Source: Zancudomyces culisetae HAW-14-8
Taxonomy: Eukaryota > Fungi > Kickxellomycota
Assembly: GCA_052426225.1 (NCBI GenBank)
Contig: JBNJNM010000008.1
Location: forward strand, 1,612,001 to 1,676,000
Reading direction: 5' to 3'
Length of the DNA stretch: 64,000 bases
Below are positions 35,458 to 47,600 of the stretch, in pieces (position 1 is the stretch's first letter; each line of letters starts with the position of its first letter). The notes beneath the pieces were generated by a model, which was given only the letters and a program-made list of their open reading frames with translations, did no database searches and was not told the origin of the DNA. Position numbers and translations under genes: made by a program.

Positions 35458-36618
35458 ATGAAACCTTTTACGGCACTAAACATCTTTTTGGCACTTTCTA
35501 GCGTGGGATATGCGGGAGAACTATGTGGAGGCGTGATGTGTACATCAAGTGCACCATGCTGCAGGGGAGGTGCGTGTGGTTCAGCACCATACTATTGTGC
35601 AGCAGCGGTTTGCGAAAGCAGCAGGTCGTTTTCATATAGCAGTTGCTGGCCCAAAAACCAATGCTCTAGTACCACCTACACGTTTACCAACGCGAGCGAA
35701 TTGAAAGGCATTAACAACCTAAACGGTGGTGGTGACAAAACCGACTTTGTGTCAGTATTTTCAGTCGATAACACGGCGATAAGTGACGGAAACATGGTGC
35801 TTGGACTGATTCCTCAAGGTGGTGATTTGGGTGTTGGTTCTACAGTTACCGCTAATTTTGAGGTATTATATGGAGTGATTACAGCTAGAGTAAAGACGGG
35901 TAGCTCTGCACCAGGTGTGGTTAGCGCGATAGTTCTTAGAAGCACAGATACACAGGATGAAATAGACTTTGAATGGGTTGGAAAGGCTCCAAATCTTGTA
36001 CAAACAAACTATTTCTACAGGGGAGAGCTTGTGTACACAAATGCAGGATATCATGATATTGGTGTTGATGCCTCAGCAGATTATCATGACTATACAATCG
36101 AATGGTACCAAGATAAAATAAACTTTGTTGTAGATGGAAAAATAATTAGAGTGATAAATAGAGCGGATACTTTTGACCCAGCAACAGGAAAATACAAGTT
36201 CCCAGACACTGCTATGGAATACAGCTTTTCATTGTGGGACGGAGGCGGCTCTTCAGACCAGGGTACCCGCGAGTGGGCAGGTTATCCTACACCATATCAC
36301 AATGGTGTGGGTTATAGAATGTATATCCAGTCGTGTACATTTTCATGTGGTCCTGATGGAAGAATGGTAGCTTCATCATCCAGCTCTACGTCATCATCAT
36401 CATCCTCATCATCATCATCACCATCCTCCTCACTATCCATCTCATCATCATCATCAACTGTCGATGAGTCGTCCTCAGATTCAATTACAGCATCGGATTC
36501 TTCACAACACAATAGCCAAGTAATAACTACCGAAGGCTCACAAAGTGCTGCCTCATCTATAAAACACAGTATGTTTTTAATACTATCTATGTCCATTCTC
36601 CTTGCTCTATGTCTCTAA
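35458..36618 (+). CDS. GPI-anchored GH16 chitin-glucan transglycosylase (Crh1/Utr2 family) with N-terminal CBM18-like domain
   Basis: Signal peptide, Cys-rich CCxxxxCG module, DEIDFEWVG catalytic motif, VQTNYF, YHDYTIEW and FSLWDGG, followed by a Ser-rich stalk and a hydrophobic C-terminal GPI signal. Confidence 0.93.
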   Translation: MKPFTALNIFLALSSVGYAGELCGGVMCTSSAPCCRGGACGSAPYYCAAAVCESSRSFSYSSCWPKNQCSSTTYTFTNASELKGINNLNGGGDKTDFVSVFSVDNTAISDGNMVLGLIPQGGDLGVGSTVTANFEVLYGVITARVKTGSSAPGVVSAIVLRSTDTQDEIDFEWVGKAPNLVQTNYFYRGELVYTNAGYHDIGVDASADYHDYTIEWYQDKINFVVDGKIIRVINRADTFDPATGKYKFPDTAMEYSFSLWDGGGSSDQGTREWAGYPTPYHNGVGYRMYIQSCTFSCGPDGRMVASSSSSTSSSSSSSSSSPSSSLSISSSSSTVDESSSDSITASDSSQHNSQVITTEGSQSAASSIKHSMFLILSMSILLALCL

Positions 36619-38895
36619 AAACTGCAAAGAAAGAAAAAAGTGAATTTTTTTTTAAAAAAAAGGATCTCTTGATAATTATTATCAACAAAGTCTGTTTTTT
36701 TCTTTCTTTACTCCAAACTGAAAGAGTCGCAGCTAAACTAGTATAAACACCAAGCATTATTATAATGTATTTTGTTATTTCTTTTTTATACAACCATTTC
36801 TTTATATTTCTAGATTTTACTTATGACTCATATATTATATTTATTAGTTTTTACACGGTTATCTTGAATTATTATAACTAGAAATTTGAATTCCGTGAAT
36901 ACACAACAATCCCAGGTGTTAAAGTATGGTATGATTTTTTAAAGAAAAAAGTAATCTGTAGGGATTATGTTTAATGTATCTATAATATGTGTATGAATAG
37001 TAAATGTGTGTCAGGTTATATAACACAGTATTAAATGCTAGCAGGATCTGTGTCAATGGTGTTGGTCCGAGTTGTGCGATATAAGAACCTATCAGAAGGA
37101 TTTTAGTTTCCAACATCATACACCAAGATTAGGGAAGGGAGGATATGGTGTAGTTGCAAATACACTAGATGAATGCGCACACATACAAAAATAGATGATT
37201 GCACATCAATTGTTGTTATGGTTATTTAAAGGAATGCGGTGATGGATGGATTAACAAAAGCAATCACTGTAGTACTAGATGAACATACCGGATACAATAC
37301 CTAGTACACAAAGGATACAGGATTTACAAGGCAATGAGCTTTTGTCTTTTCATTACTCCCTTGTATATCTTTTTTTTTCTTGTTTCTTGTTTCTTGTTTC
37401 TTGTTTCTTTTATGGGTTTGTTTGTGTTTATTTTTGTAAGGATGAAAAGATTGTGGACATAATACAAGCTAGATTTATTTAAATGGGCACCAAAAGGTTT
37501 ATTACAAAGAGTGCTTCCGTCGATCTAAAGGCAAAAAGGATAAAATAAAAAAAAACCAAATGAAAAATGGGTATGGTAGTAGTTTAAGTGTAGTTTAAAG
37601 TAGTGCATGTCCATTGTTTTTAAAGCTTTTTATTCAAAGAAAATTATTGAGCTGGTAATAGAAGCTCTTACAAAAGAGAAAAAAAAACAATATCACTAAA
37701 AAAAAAAGCCAAAGTAAATAAAATACACTTAATGTTTACAAATATAGCTGCAAATTGCTGGTAAGCAAAGCTGTTTGTATGATTTTATTAATCTGAAATT
37801 AGTAAAATAAAAAAATAAAAAGCAAAACTCGAGTTGAGAAGAAAGAAAAAAAAAGGGAAAAATTATCAGCGACCAGTAATCCCACACCAGTTTACTTTAC
37901 CTATTTATAAGGGTTCATTTCCACACTCAATTACTCACACCCACCCACCCACCCACTCTAACTCCAACTCATAACCACTGCCAAATAGATAAAAAATCTC
38001 TGGAAAAAAAAAGGCTAAAAAAAAAGAGCAAAATAATTGGATTTTATGAAAACCTTGATTGTCAAACACATTAGTAATGGTAAAGTGTTACTAGCTTACT
38101 ACCAAAAAAAATAAAGATAGGTTACCATATCCGCAGCTATAAAAGGCACGCTACTAAAATAAAAAAATTATATGAAATTCTAGAGGCTAATAATGACCCT
38201 GTAATTTACATTATCTTGTCTATTTTTTTCTTCTAGATATTTGGGTGTGTAAACTAAAATTAGTCTTTAAACACTAATAAAATGAATAAACTATTAAGGA
38301 TTAATTAAAGGTGAGTTTACATTAAAATTAGAAATAATATGAATCTCTCTAGAACATAACTTGGAGTCAAGAAATTTAAAAGAAAAAGAGAATATAATGT
38401 ATAAAAGATAAAAATAAGATTAATTGTTAAACGAAAATTAAATAGGGGAAATTCAGAATTAGGAAAGGAAAATAGAAGGTGGTAATAAATCTAGAGAAAA
38501 AAAAAGCTTGGAAGAGGAAAAGAGGGTGTGTAAATACTAGATTTTTACACGGATTTATAATACAATAGAAAACAAAAAAAAACAATAAGAATACTTTACG
38601 GTAACCGAGAGCTTTTCTTTAAGGAAAGATACGAATTAGTAACTCTTGGAACCTTAAAAAAATAAAATAAAAAAAAGGAAAGGAAAAGAAAGGAAAGAAA
38701 AGGAAGGAAAATAATCTAAGAGCTTGTACATTAGCAATAGAATATTGTAGTTATAAATTGAAAAAAAATAGTAAAAAGAAATAAACAAAGGGTTGAACTA
38801 CGGCGCTAAATAAACTACTAGAAAAACCTCGTCAAAGAAATAAAAATAAAAGTAAAACAGTAGCAAGAACAGACAATCTGGATAAAGTAAGCAAA

Positions 38896-41800
38896 GTGGA
38901 AAGAAAAAGAGTTACTCGCCAGGGGCCAAGGTTGGAAGAGAAACCACGGAACAAAAAAGCAAGTTATACAAGAAGGAGTAAAAGAAAACTAGAGGATAGC
39001 AAGATGGATATGGGGGTAGAGGAGGATATGAGAGAGAGAGGAAAGGGAGGGGAAAAAAGAAAAAAGAATGGGAGAGGTGTGGATGGTGTGCTTGAGAAAG
39101 CAGATAGTTTGAACACAGAAAGTGAGCCTGTTTTACAAGAGTATGATGGAAAGGAGAAGAATAAGGAGAAAAGAGATATTACAATGCAAGAAGAAGGTGG
39201 TGAAGAGGAGGGAGAAGAGGAGCAAATTATGGTCAACTTGAAAAAGGAAGGAACGGGTGATGATGAGGATAAAAATAAAGAGGAAGATGGGGAAAGAGAA
39301 GGGAAAGAGGAGGTGGTGGAGGTAGAAGTAGAAGTGGAAGTGGATGAGGAATGTGAAGAGATTGGTTCAGATAAGGATGGATGGGAAAGCGAGAAAGAGG
39401 AAGAGTTTGTGGGAGGTAGTCGAATGAGTTACAAGAGGTTAGATGATATGTTTGGGAGGAGTAATAGACAAGAGTTAAAACAAGCGTTGCACAAGGTTCA
39501 AGAGGGAATAGGGCTGGAGGAGCGGATGATGGGATTACTTGAAATAAGCGAGCTGTTGTCAATGTCAACGGAGGAGAGCTTGATAGGATCGATGGAAGTG
39601 GTGATAGAGATAGCAGAAACGCTGTTGTATATAGTACAGAGCACGATGGAGGTGGAAGAGATATTATTGGGGTTGCGAGGGATAGCGAACATGATAGAGG
39701 CACAACCGGGAATGGCGGGGTATTTAATACGGCTGGGGGTAGCACGAGTGTTGTGTGGGCAGCTGCAGCAGATGCAGGATATAGATGCAGCGGATCAGGC
39801 ACAAACAACACTGGAGGTGCTTAGTCGGGATTTTCCACAGAGCGTGCGAGAGGCAGGTGGGATAGTGGCAGGGCTGCAGTATATAGATTTTTTCACGGCT
39901 AGTAGTCAGCGGACAGCAATGCGGATGGTATGGAATTGTATCAAGAGCAAGCAAAAGCTAGGGATAGAACAGCTAGGGGAAGTAAAAGCGGGGCTTCCAC
40001 TACTTAAGCAGAGTTTGGGGATGGCAGATGAGAAGGTGAGAGATGTTGGGTGGCAGTGTTTGGAGGCGGCTATTGGATTGAGTAAAGATAAGCAAGCGCT
40101 GGAGTACTTGGTGGATTATGAAAGCGGTGGAGGAGCAGAGTTTGTCGAATTTATAGTGGAGAAACTCAGTAACGATAGAGGAGAAAGACAGTGGATAGTG
40201 CAACTGAGAATAGCGAAACAGGCAGCACAGAGGTCGGCGGAAATGGCAGGGATGATGATAGAGAAAGGAATAATTGGGGCGATAGCAAAAGAGGGGACGG
40301 GGAAAAATGTGGAGGGGCATGCAGAGGAGAGAATGGAGGTATTGGAATTGCTGCAAGCGCTGTTGCCAAAACTATGTGTGGTAGTTGGAAGCGGGAGAGA
40401 AAAGACTAAAGGCAGAGGAAAAAGAAACAAAGAGGAGAGAGAGGAAGGGGAGAGGCGTATGGAAATTGTTAAGAAATACAGCGGGGTTATGGAGGATGTA
40501 GTGTTTAGGTTGCTGATACCAAAAGGGATAGAGGCATTGAGAAACGAGACGAGTGGTCAGCATTGGAGCAGAGCAATGCAAAGTGTACTTTTGGGAATGT
40601 ATTTACTAGATGAAAATATGGTTGAAGAAAAAGATTGCACAAAAGAAAGCGAGATGGAAGTAGTAGAACAGAGGCTTAAAGAGAATAGCGAATTAAAGGT
40701 GTTTGCAGCACGACTGATGAACCAGGGACAGCATGGCGATACAAAGATGCGGATTGCAGGGCTGCTATTGAGCATAAAGTATTTGGAAATGGTTGGAGAG
40801 GAGGCGGAGCAGATGTATGAGCGACAGGGAGCGGTGCAGGTAATCAAAAAGTTGGCCAAGGTAGAGAAGGTAGAGAAGGTTGGAGTGGGACAAAGCCGCG
40901 GGGTGATTGTAGAGCAAGGCGCAAAGATATTCAGCCGATTGGAGGAAATTGAATCCACAAAACGATCAGAGTTGGGAGAGATGGAGTTGACAAAAAAAGA
41001 AGCAGATGAGGCGCAGCAGTGGATAGTCAGAGCATCCAAATATATACTCAACCAACACTATTTAGAAGATAAAAAGGGGGCAAGTGGACAAGAGCGAGAC
41101 AAAGAAGTAGAAATGATGAAGCAGGCAGAAGAAGCGCAGCGAGGATGGAAGGAAGGGGAAAAGGGAATGCAAACAGTTGAGGAAAAAGTGGGACAGTTGG
41201 TTGAGGCGGTGTGTAGTAAAGAGGGAGTGACAGGCTATGAATTTGAGCGCAGTGGGTGGCTTAAGGTATTAAGCGAGATATCACAGCAGTATAACTGTAG
41301 TGGAGAATTAGATGTAAATGCAGAAAGAATAGTGCAGCAATTGATAGGAAGGGAGAGGGAGAGGGAAATGGATGAAGGGGGTGTAAATGTAAACAGAGAT
41401 ATGAATAATAGATGCAGGCTGGAAATGATGACAAAACTTTTGCATGAATGTTTGGAGGAGAATGAGAATTTGGAAATGTACGATACCTACAAGGGCAAAC
41501 ATGAAGGTAGTAGAGTAGGTAGAACGGTGACAGGGGCAGCAGAATCAATGCTGACTCGACAGCTGACTGTGCGAGTTAGGGGATTGGATAGTCATGAGTA
41601 TGAGTATGAGTATGGGTATGGGTATGGTTGTGAGGATGGTGGAGCATTTTTGGAGGTAATGGAAGAGTTTGAGCCAATGATGCTTTCGGTTGGAGTAATG
41701 GCACCCGTAGAAACAGTGATATCGTATATTAAGCCAAAGATTCATAGTTTGTTTCAAGAAAGGTCTAAAAAAAGGAGAGATGCAGAGGAAATGGGAGGAG

Positions 41801-44136
41801 AAGAGAAAGAAAAAGAAAAAGAAAGGGAAAGGGAGAAGCTATTATTACAATCATCTTTAGCATCAAGTAGCAAAAGAAGAGGAATAAGAAGTGGAGGAGT
41901 AGATGTGGGTGGAGATACGAATCGAGTAGGAGTTAGTGGGAAAAGTACTAGCCCAAGTCTTTTTGAGAAGAGTGTATTTGGAGCAGCAACAAGCGAAGAA
42001 CAACAGGAGCTTTTGAAGAAAATAGCAGAGGCTACAGGGCTGATGTTTCCGGAGCTTGATGTGCTTGAGAGACGAAAACAGCAAAAATCACGTGATTCGG
42101 AAAAAGATGCAGAAAAGAAATGGGGCGTAGAAATGTATTTGGTGGATGCTGACGGAAACGAGTATGTACTCAACAACAAGGAGTCAATGTATCATTCAAT
42201 TGTAAAGACGCTGGGCCGACTGCCAAACAGCAAAGAAACGCTTCGGCCGTGGACCACGACATTTGAGTTGCGGTTCAAGTTAGTCGAGTCGCAAGTACAA
42301 GAGAACAGTAGCGAGGGAAAGGTCAGTTATGCACGGATGACAGCCAAGACCAGTCAAATATACGACGGTACAACAGGATGGGACAACAACAAAGCTGACA
42401 GTAGCAAGGTAGAATTGGGCAAGGAAGTACAGCAGAGCGTGGAAGTGCTGAAAGCTATCTACAAGGCGTTAAGCAGACAAATAACGACAGTAGCACAGTT
42501 GCAAGACAGCAGCCGAGACGAACCGCTGTTTGTGAGTCGGCGCATTGGAACCAAACTACAAAAACTGGTTGACGAGCCGCTGCTGGTTGGTACCAAGGCA
42601 TTCCCAAGCTGGACGTATGCGCTGGTTTACGACGCACCGTTTCTGTTTACGTTTGACCAGAAGGAGGCATTTCTCAGAGCAACCATTTTGGGTGCTAGCA
42701 AATCTCTAGCCAAACGGCATGTGTCTCTGGATGACCGCCAGCCATCTTCCACCGCATCTCGTGCCTACGACACTACAACCGGGCTTCTTGGACCAATGTA
42801 TACAGTTGCTCGGCCCAAACGCTACAAAGTCATGGTCAACCGCAGCACACTGGTTGAGGCTGCTGGTGTTGCTCTTGACAAGTTTGGTGGAAAGGATTCG
42901 GTGCTGGAGGTTGAGTTTGTCGACGAGGTTGGCTCGGGTTTGGGTCCGACTCTGGAGTTTTATTCCAATGTCTTTGCCGACTTGGCCAGTTCAAAACATG
43001 GGCTGTGGCTCTCTTCGTCTACTGACTTTTTGTTTCCTCGACCTTCCCGTTCGCTTTCTTCCTCTTCTCTGGAGTCGTATCGTCTTCGCTTTGAGTTTAT
43101 TGGTCGGCTGGTTGCCAAAGCTTTGGCTGACGATCGTCCAATTGATTTGCCTCTACATTTTCATTTCTTTAAACTATTCCGCAACTCATCCTCAACCTCA
43201 TCCTCAACATCTACCTTACCTACTACTGACATTCCTTACTTGCTTCAGCTGCTACATTCCATTGATCCTACCCTTTCAGCCTCCATTAAAAAACTCTACG
43301 ATCTTCTCCTCAACAAAGATTCTCTTCTTAATTTGTCTCAAACCGTTGCTGATTTGTGTCTTGATTTTACTTTACCTCTTTCCGACAACTCTTCTACTTA
43401 CCATCTACTTCCTCCTGAAAACAACTGTTCTCCTTCTGTTACTCTTGATAATCTTGAGCAGTACATACGTCTAGTTTTAACCGAATTTACTTTTTCGGGT
43501 GTCCAGCTTGCTGTTGATTCGTTCAAATCCGGCTTTGCCTCTGTTCTCCACCCTGCCTATCTTTCTGTTCTCTCTGATACTGAGTTGATGAATCTGTTTG
43601 GAGGTTGCTCTGATCTCTGCGTTTCCGTCCCCCTGAACGACGGTGTCAATGCTGCAATCTGGTCTATTCCTAGTCTACTCAATTCCATTCGTCCTGATCA
43701 TGGTTATACTTCCTCCTCTCCTCCATTTTTGTATTTTGTGCAGTGGCTTTCCTCTCTTTCCAAACCCAATCAACGCCAATTCTTGAAGTTTGTGACTGGT
43801 TCGCCTAGATTGCCTTTCCACGCATCGTCCAAGCTTTTGTCAACCACCTCCACCTCTACTTCTACTTCTGTCACCGAAGACCATTCCGATATTTATCTTG
43901 GTTTTAGGGCTCTTAACCCTCAACTAACTGTGGTTCAAAGCCACATCCAATCAAATTTGTATCAACACTCACATTCACATTCACATTCTAAGAGTACAAA
44001 CCCTGATGATTACTTGCCGACTGTTATGACTTGTGCCAACTACATCAAATTACCAAACTACTCGTCGTATGAGGTATTGAAGATGCGGTGGGAGCAAGCT
44101 CTGGATTTGGGTTTAGACGCGTTTCATCTTTCGTGA
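38896..44136 (+). CDS. UFD4: HECT E3 ubiquitin ligase, Ufd4/TRIP12 family (first ATG at 39004; true start uncertain)
   Basis: ARM-like N-terminus (ELLSMSTEESL, LQYIDFF). HECT motifs PFLFTF, LEVEFVDEVGSGLGPTLEFY, FVTGSPRLP and LPTVMTCANYIKLPNYSS, ending in FHLS*. Confidence 0.93.
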   Translation: MERKRVTRQGPRLEEKPRNKKASYTRRSKRKLEDSKMDMGVEEDMRERGKGGEKRKKNGRGVDGVLEKADSLNTESEPVLQEYDGKEKNKEKRDITMQEEGGEEEGEEEQIMVNLKKEGTGDDEDKNKEEDGEREGKEEVVEVEVEVEVDEECEEIGSDKDGWESEKEEEFVGGSRMSYKRLDDMFGRSNRQELKQALHKVQEGIGLEERMMGLLEISELLSMSTEESLIGSMEVVIEIAETLLYIVQSTMEVEEILLGLRGIANMIEAQPGMAGYLIRLGVARVLCGQLQQMQDIDAADQAQTTLEVLSRDFPQSVREAGGIVAGLQYIDFFTASSQRTAMRMVWNCIKSKQKLGIEQLGEVKAGLPLLKQSLGMADEKVRDVGWQCLEAAIGLSKDKQALEYLVDYESGGGAEFVEFIVEKLSNDRGERQWIVQLRIAKQAAQRSAEMAGMMIEKGIIGAIAKEGTGKNVEGHAEERMEVLELLQALLPKLCVVVGSGREKTKGRGKRNKEEREEGERRMEIVKKYSGVMEDVVFRLLIPKGIEALRNETSGQHWSRAMQSVLLGMYLLDENMVEEKDCTKESEMEVVEQRLKENSELKVFAARLMNQGQHGDTKMRIAGLLLSIKYLEMVGEEAEQMYERQGAVQVIKKLAKVEKVEKVGVGQSRGVIVEQGAKIFSRLEEIESTKRSELGEMELTKKEADEAQQWIVRASKYILNQHYLEDKKGASGQERDKEVEMMKQAEEAQRGWKEGEKGMQTVEEKVGQLVEAVCSKEGVTGYEFERSGWLKVLSEISQQYNCSGELDVNAERIVQQLIGREREREMDEGGVNVNRDMNNRCRLEMMTKLLHECLEENENLEMYDTYKGKHEGSRVGRTVTGAAESMLTRQLTVRVRGLDSHEYEYEYGYGYGCEDGGAFLEVMEEFEPMMLSVGVMAPVETVISYIKPKIHSLFQERSKKRRDAEEMGGEEKEKEKEREREKLLLQSSLASSSKRRGIRSGGVDVGGDTNRVGVSGKSTSPSLFEKSVFGAATSEEQQELLKKIAEATGLMFPELDVLERRKQQKSRDSEKDAEKKWGVEMYLVDADGNEYVLNNKESMYHSIVKTLGRLPNSKETLRPWTTTFELRFKLVESQVQENSSEGKVSYARMTAKTSQIYDGTTGWDNNKADSSKVELGKEVQQSVEVLKAIYKALSRQITTVAQLQDSSRDEPLFVSRRIGTKLQKLVDEPLLVGTKAFPSWTYALVYDAPFLFTFDQKEAFLRATILGASKSLAKRHVSLDDRQPSSTASRAYDTTTGLLGPMYTVARPKRYKVMVNRSTLVEAAGVALDKFGGKDSVLEVEFVDEVGSGLGPTLEFYSNVFADLASSKHGLWLSSSTDFLFPRPSRSLSSSSLESYRLRFEFIGRLVAKALADDRPIDLPLHFHFFKLFRNSSSTSSSTSTLPTTDIPYLLQLLHSIDPTLSASIKKLYDLLLNKDSLLNLSQTVADLCLDFTLPLSDNSSTYHLLPPENNCSPSVTLDNLEQYIRLVLTEFTFSGVQLAVDSFKSGFASVLHPAYLSVLSDTELMNLFGGCSDLCVSVPLNDGVNAAIWSIPSLLNSIRPDHGYTSSSPPFLYFVQWLSSLSKPNQRQFLKFVTGSPRLPFHASSKLLSTTSTSTSTSVTEDHSDIYLGFRALNPQLTVVQSHIQSNLYQHSHSHSHSKSTNPDDYLPTVMTCANYIKLPNYSSYEVLKMRWEQALDLGLDAFHLS

Positions 44137-44608
44137 TTTTTTTTTAATATTACAGTTTATTTTATTTAATTTCATCATATATATTTTTTCAATTCTACGT
44201 TAATTTGTAAACAAAGATAATATGCCTGATTCGTTGAAAGTTTGATTGATTCTTTTTTCCTTTACTTGTAATGATTTTTATTATTATTATTATGGAAAAC
44301 TCGAATAATGTTATTTGTAAGAGCTTAATTCCAACAAATTTGTTTAATATCTGTTTTAATTTTTAATATTTAATTTTTACTGCTTTTAAATTAATATCTA
44401 CATTGAAATAAGAAAGCTGAAATATACTAGTAAATGAAGAGTAGTAATTTAAATATATAAAAGAAGGAGGGAAGGCGGATAGTAAAAAAGAAAGAAAAAA
44501 GAAGGATTCAAATTAAGATTTAAAATTGAACAATTATATCTACGATTCTTTATAACATTTAGATTTGGTACGAAAACGATTTTGGCAAGAAAAATAAAAT
44601 AAAATAAA

Positions 44609-47600
44609 ATGATATTGACGAGTCTAAGAACCGGAATCTTTATAGATTCATCGACCAAACACAACATTAACGACAATACCAATGAGAATATCAATGACAA
44701 TAACAATAATAACAACAATCAGAGTTTAGAGACCAAACAAAATGTACAGTTGGTGTCACTTGGCGAAACGAGTCGTTGCATATACGTGTTTCCTACAAAC
44801 GATGTAGCGAAACGCAAAGTCTTTGTCGATTGTGCGGCAAGTTCGCATACATTGACATCCTTATTTGATACCTTTGATATGCGTCGCCTGCTGAACCATG
44901 TGTTTGTAGGTGGGCGTGTGGTTCTCATACTGGCAACTTGTTGTGAATACGAACATGCTGGATCGGTATTGAATATTTGTAATCATAATGATAATGATAA
45001 TAGTAATGGTAATAATACTATCAATAATAATAGTAATAATAGTATTAGCAATAGCAATAGCAATAGCAATAGCAATAGTGGTGGTGGGTCTATGGGTCCG
45101 ATTGATAAGCGACACGAGTTGAAGGTGCAAATTCTCGACCATGTTGCGCAGTATACAACCAAATCCTTGTATTCATCTAGTATTCAGAGTGGTAGTAGCA
45201 GTACTAGTATTAATAGTATTAATAGTATCAATAGTATCAATAGTAATAGTGGTAATAATATTGGTGGTGGTAATAAAAATGGGACCGATGGTAGGACATT
45301 GACAATTACACGAGCATACCTAGGATTTACAGATACACGAATTGTGGATTTGACGAGTGGAGCTAGCTACATATGTTCCGGCGGCGAAAACAAACTGTTA
45401 AAGCTTTCAACATTTCACAAAGAAGTCTCTGGCGACGATTTACTACCAAATTCTGAGGATAATGTGGATGGTACACGAGCATCTATTTTATCGTTGCGGT
45501 TTGAATATGCAGGAGAATGTGTGGGGCCTGGCGAGCTGAATATTGTAGACCTGGGGAATCTCGATTGGTCGTTGTCGGAAAACACACGAAGCAAATACAA
45601 CAGCCAAGGAGAAAATGTGGTGATTGACAAGTCAATTGTGGAATTTGACAAGCTGGTGGAGCAGCTGGGTAATGGGAAGCCGACTAGCGGTACGAGTTTT
45701 GGGGACTATCCGTTGTTGCGGATTGTGGGGCCCTTGTTATCAAGCAATAGTATTATCCAGAACGTAACGTTTTTATCGGAAAGCAATATCGATGCCAGCA
45801 AACTAGAGCATACAATAAGTTTTGTCGAAAAGTTGCGCAGACTTAAAAATGTTTCCACATTGCTTGAATCCGACCGGCGGATCAAGATATGGTACGATAA
45901 GTTGAATGGGTTGCAGGAAAAGGTTTACAAGCTAAGCAAGGAGAAGCTTGATTTGATCAAGCGGATTGAGACGGCCGAGGATGACCTAGACGCGTACCAA
46001 AAGTCATGGGCTGAAGAAAAAAAAATGCTAGAAGATGAAATTGGGCATTGGCAAGAAGAATCTAACAAACGGAGCCAAGAAAATGCACGGATTACATCAG
46101 CACACAATCTTGCCACTGCCGAATATCAGTATGGTCTTAACCAAAAGGATTACGAACTTATTGCGCTACAAGAACAAGTTAGACAAACCAAGATAAACCA
46201 GCTTGATCTTACCGACAAGGTCAAGGCCACGAATAGCTACATTAAAAAGTATAATGATAATCGCAAGCAATACATCGATCGCTATAGCCAGATGGAACAC
46301 GCTCTCGAGGTTGGTAAAAACCTGGTCGGTTTGCTGATGGATGAAAATGAGGAGTATAGGGCCCAAGCCGATCGACTACACGCCCAACTAGACAAAACCG
46401 AGCGCGAAAACTCCGAGCTGCGTGGCAATACAGACGCTCTTGGAACCAAACTGAGTGAAGCTGAGCGCAAACTAGCCGATATGGTGAGAAATGGGACTAT
46501 CAAGGACATGCAAAAAATAGACGCACTCAATGCGCAAATCAGTGATTTGAAGGCGGAGAATAAACAGTTGGTTGAAGATGCCAAGATTCATCGGGGGTAC
46601 GAAAAGCGACATGCTCAACTTCACGCATCGTACGAAGCTGCACTGGCCCGCGAAAATGCGTTGCAGTTGTCCAATGAACGGTATATTCAAATGTTGGAGG
46701 CTGAACGGCAGTCGCGGTACGAATTGATTAGTCGTGCGCAGATGGCTGTTCATGCTGCCGAGTCTTCTACTAACAATACCACTAGATATATTGAAGGTGA
46801 TGTACCAACACCAATGTCTATGCCTATGTCTATGTCTATGCCTATGTCTATGCCTATGTCTATGGTATATCAGTCCAATTCAAACCAAATAATTCCTGCA
46901 ATTTCTTATGATTCTGCGTCTTCTATAGATCCTGCTTTTAAGAGACCAAATCCAAAATCTAAATCTAAAACAAATATAAATACAAATGCAAAAACAAATA
47001 CAAAAACAAGATCAAAAGCTAAACCTCACTCTTCAAGATTTGCAAATAGTAATATCACTTTACTTTCCTCTTCCTCTTCCTCCCCCGAACCAGAAACTCA
47101 AACTGATAGTCAAAGTCAAAGTCAAGATCAAAATCAACTTTCATTACTGGAAACAATCACCAAAGAATTGGCCAACCCTTCCTCCATGGTACACTCTCCG
47201 CTGCATTCTCGCTTGGCCCAGCTGTCTCCTCAACTGTCTCCCAGATCTCCTAGAATGCTCCAGAGTCCTACAGTTATTATCGCTTCACCAAGAGCTTCTC
47301 CTTCACCATCTCCTTCAAAATCGAAATCGAAATCTAACTCTACAAATACCAACGTAAACATGTATAAAAAAGGTACAGAATCTGATATCCAATCTACTAC
47401 AGATAATCAATATTTATCATCATCAACAACAACAACAACAACAAAAACAAAAAAAACGGCAACGAGGACAACAACGAACAAAAGAGCAGCTAAAAGCAAA
47501 AAACAGACCAACCCAGCTTCTATTTTGGAATCAAGCGATGCTTCTTCCTCCACAAATGCCAAAAAGCCAGCATCAAGGACCACAAAACCAAGAAGTACGA

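Noticed and set aside
38964-43474. Many Ser/Pro/Leu/Phe-rich antisense ORFs within UFD4
   Set aside because: Caused by the extreme purine bias, which depletes stop codons on the opposite strand.
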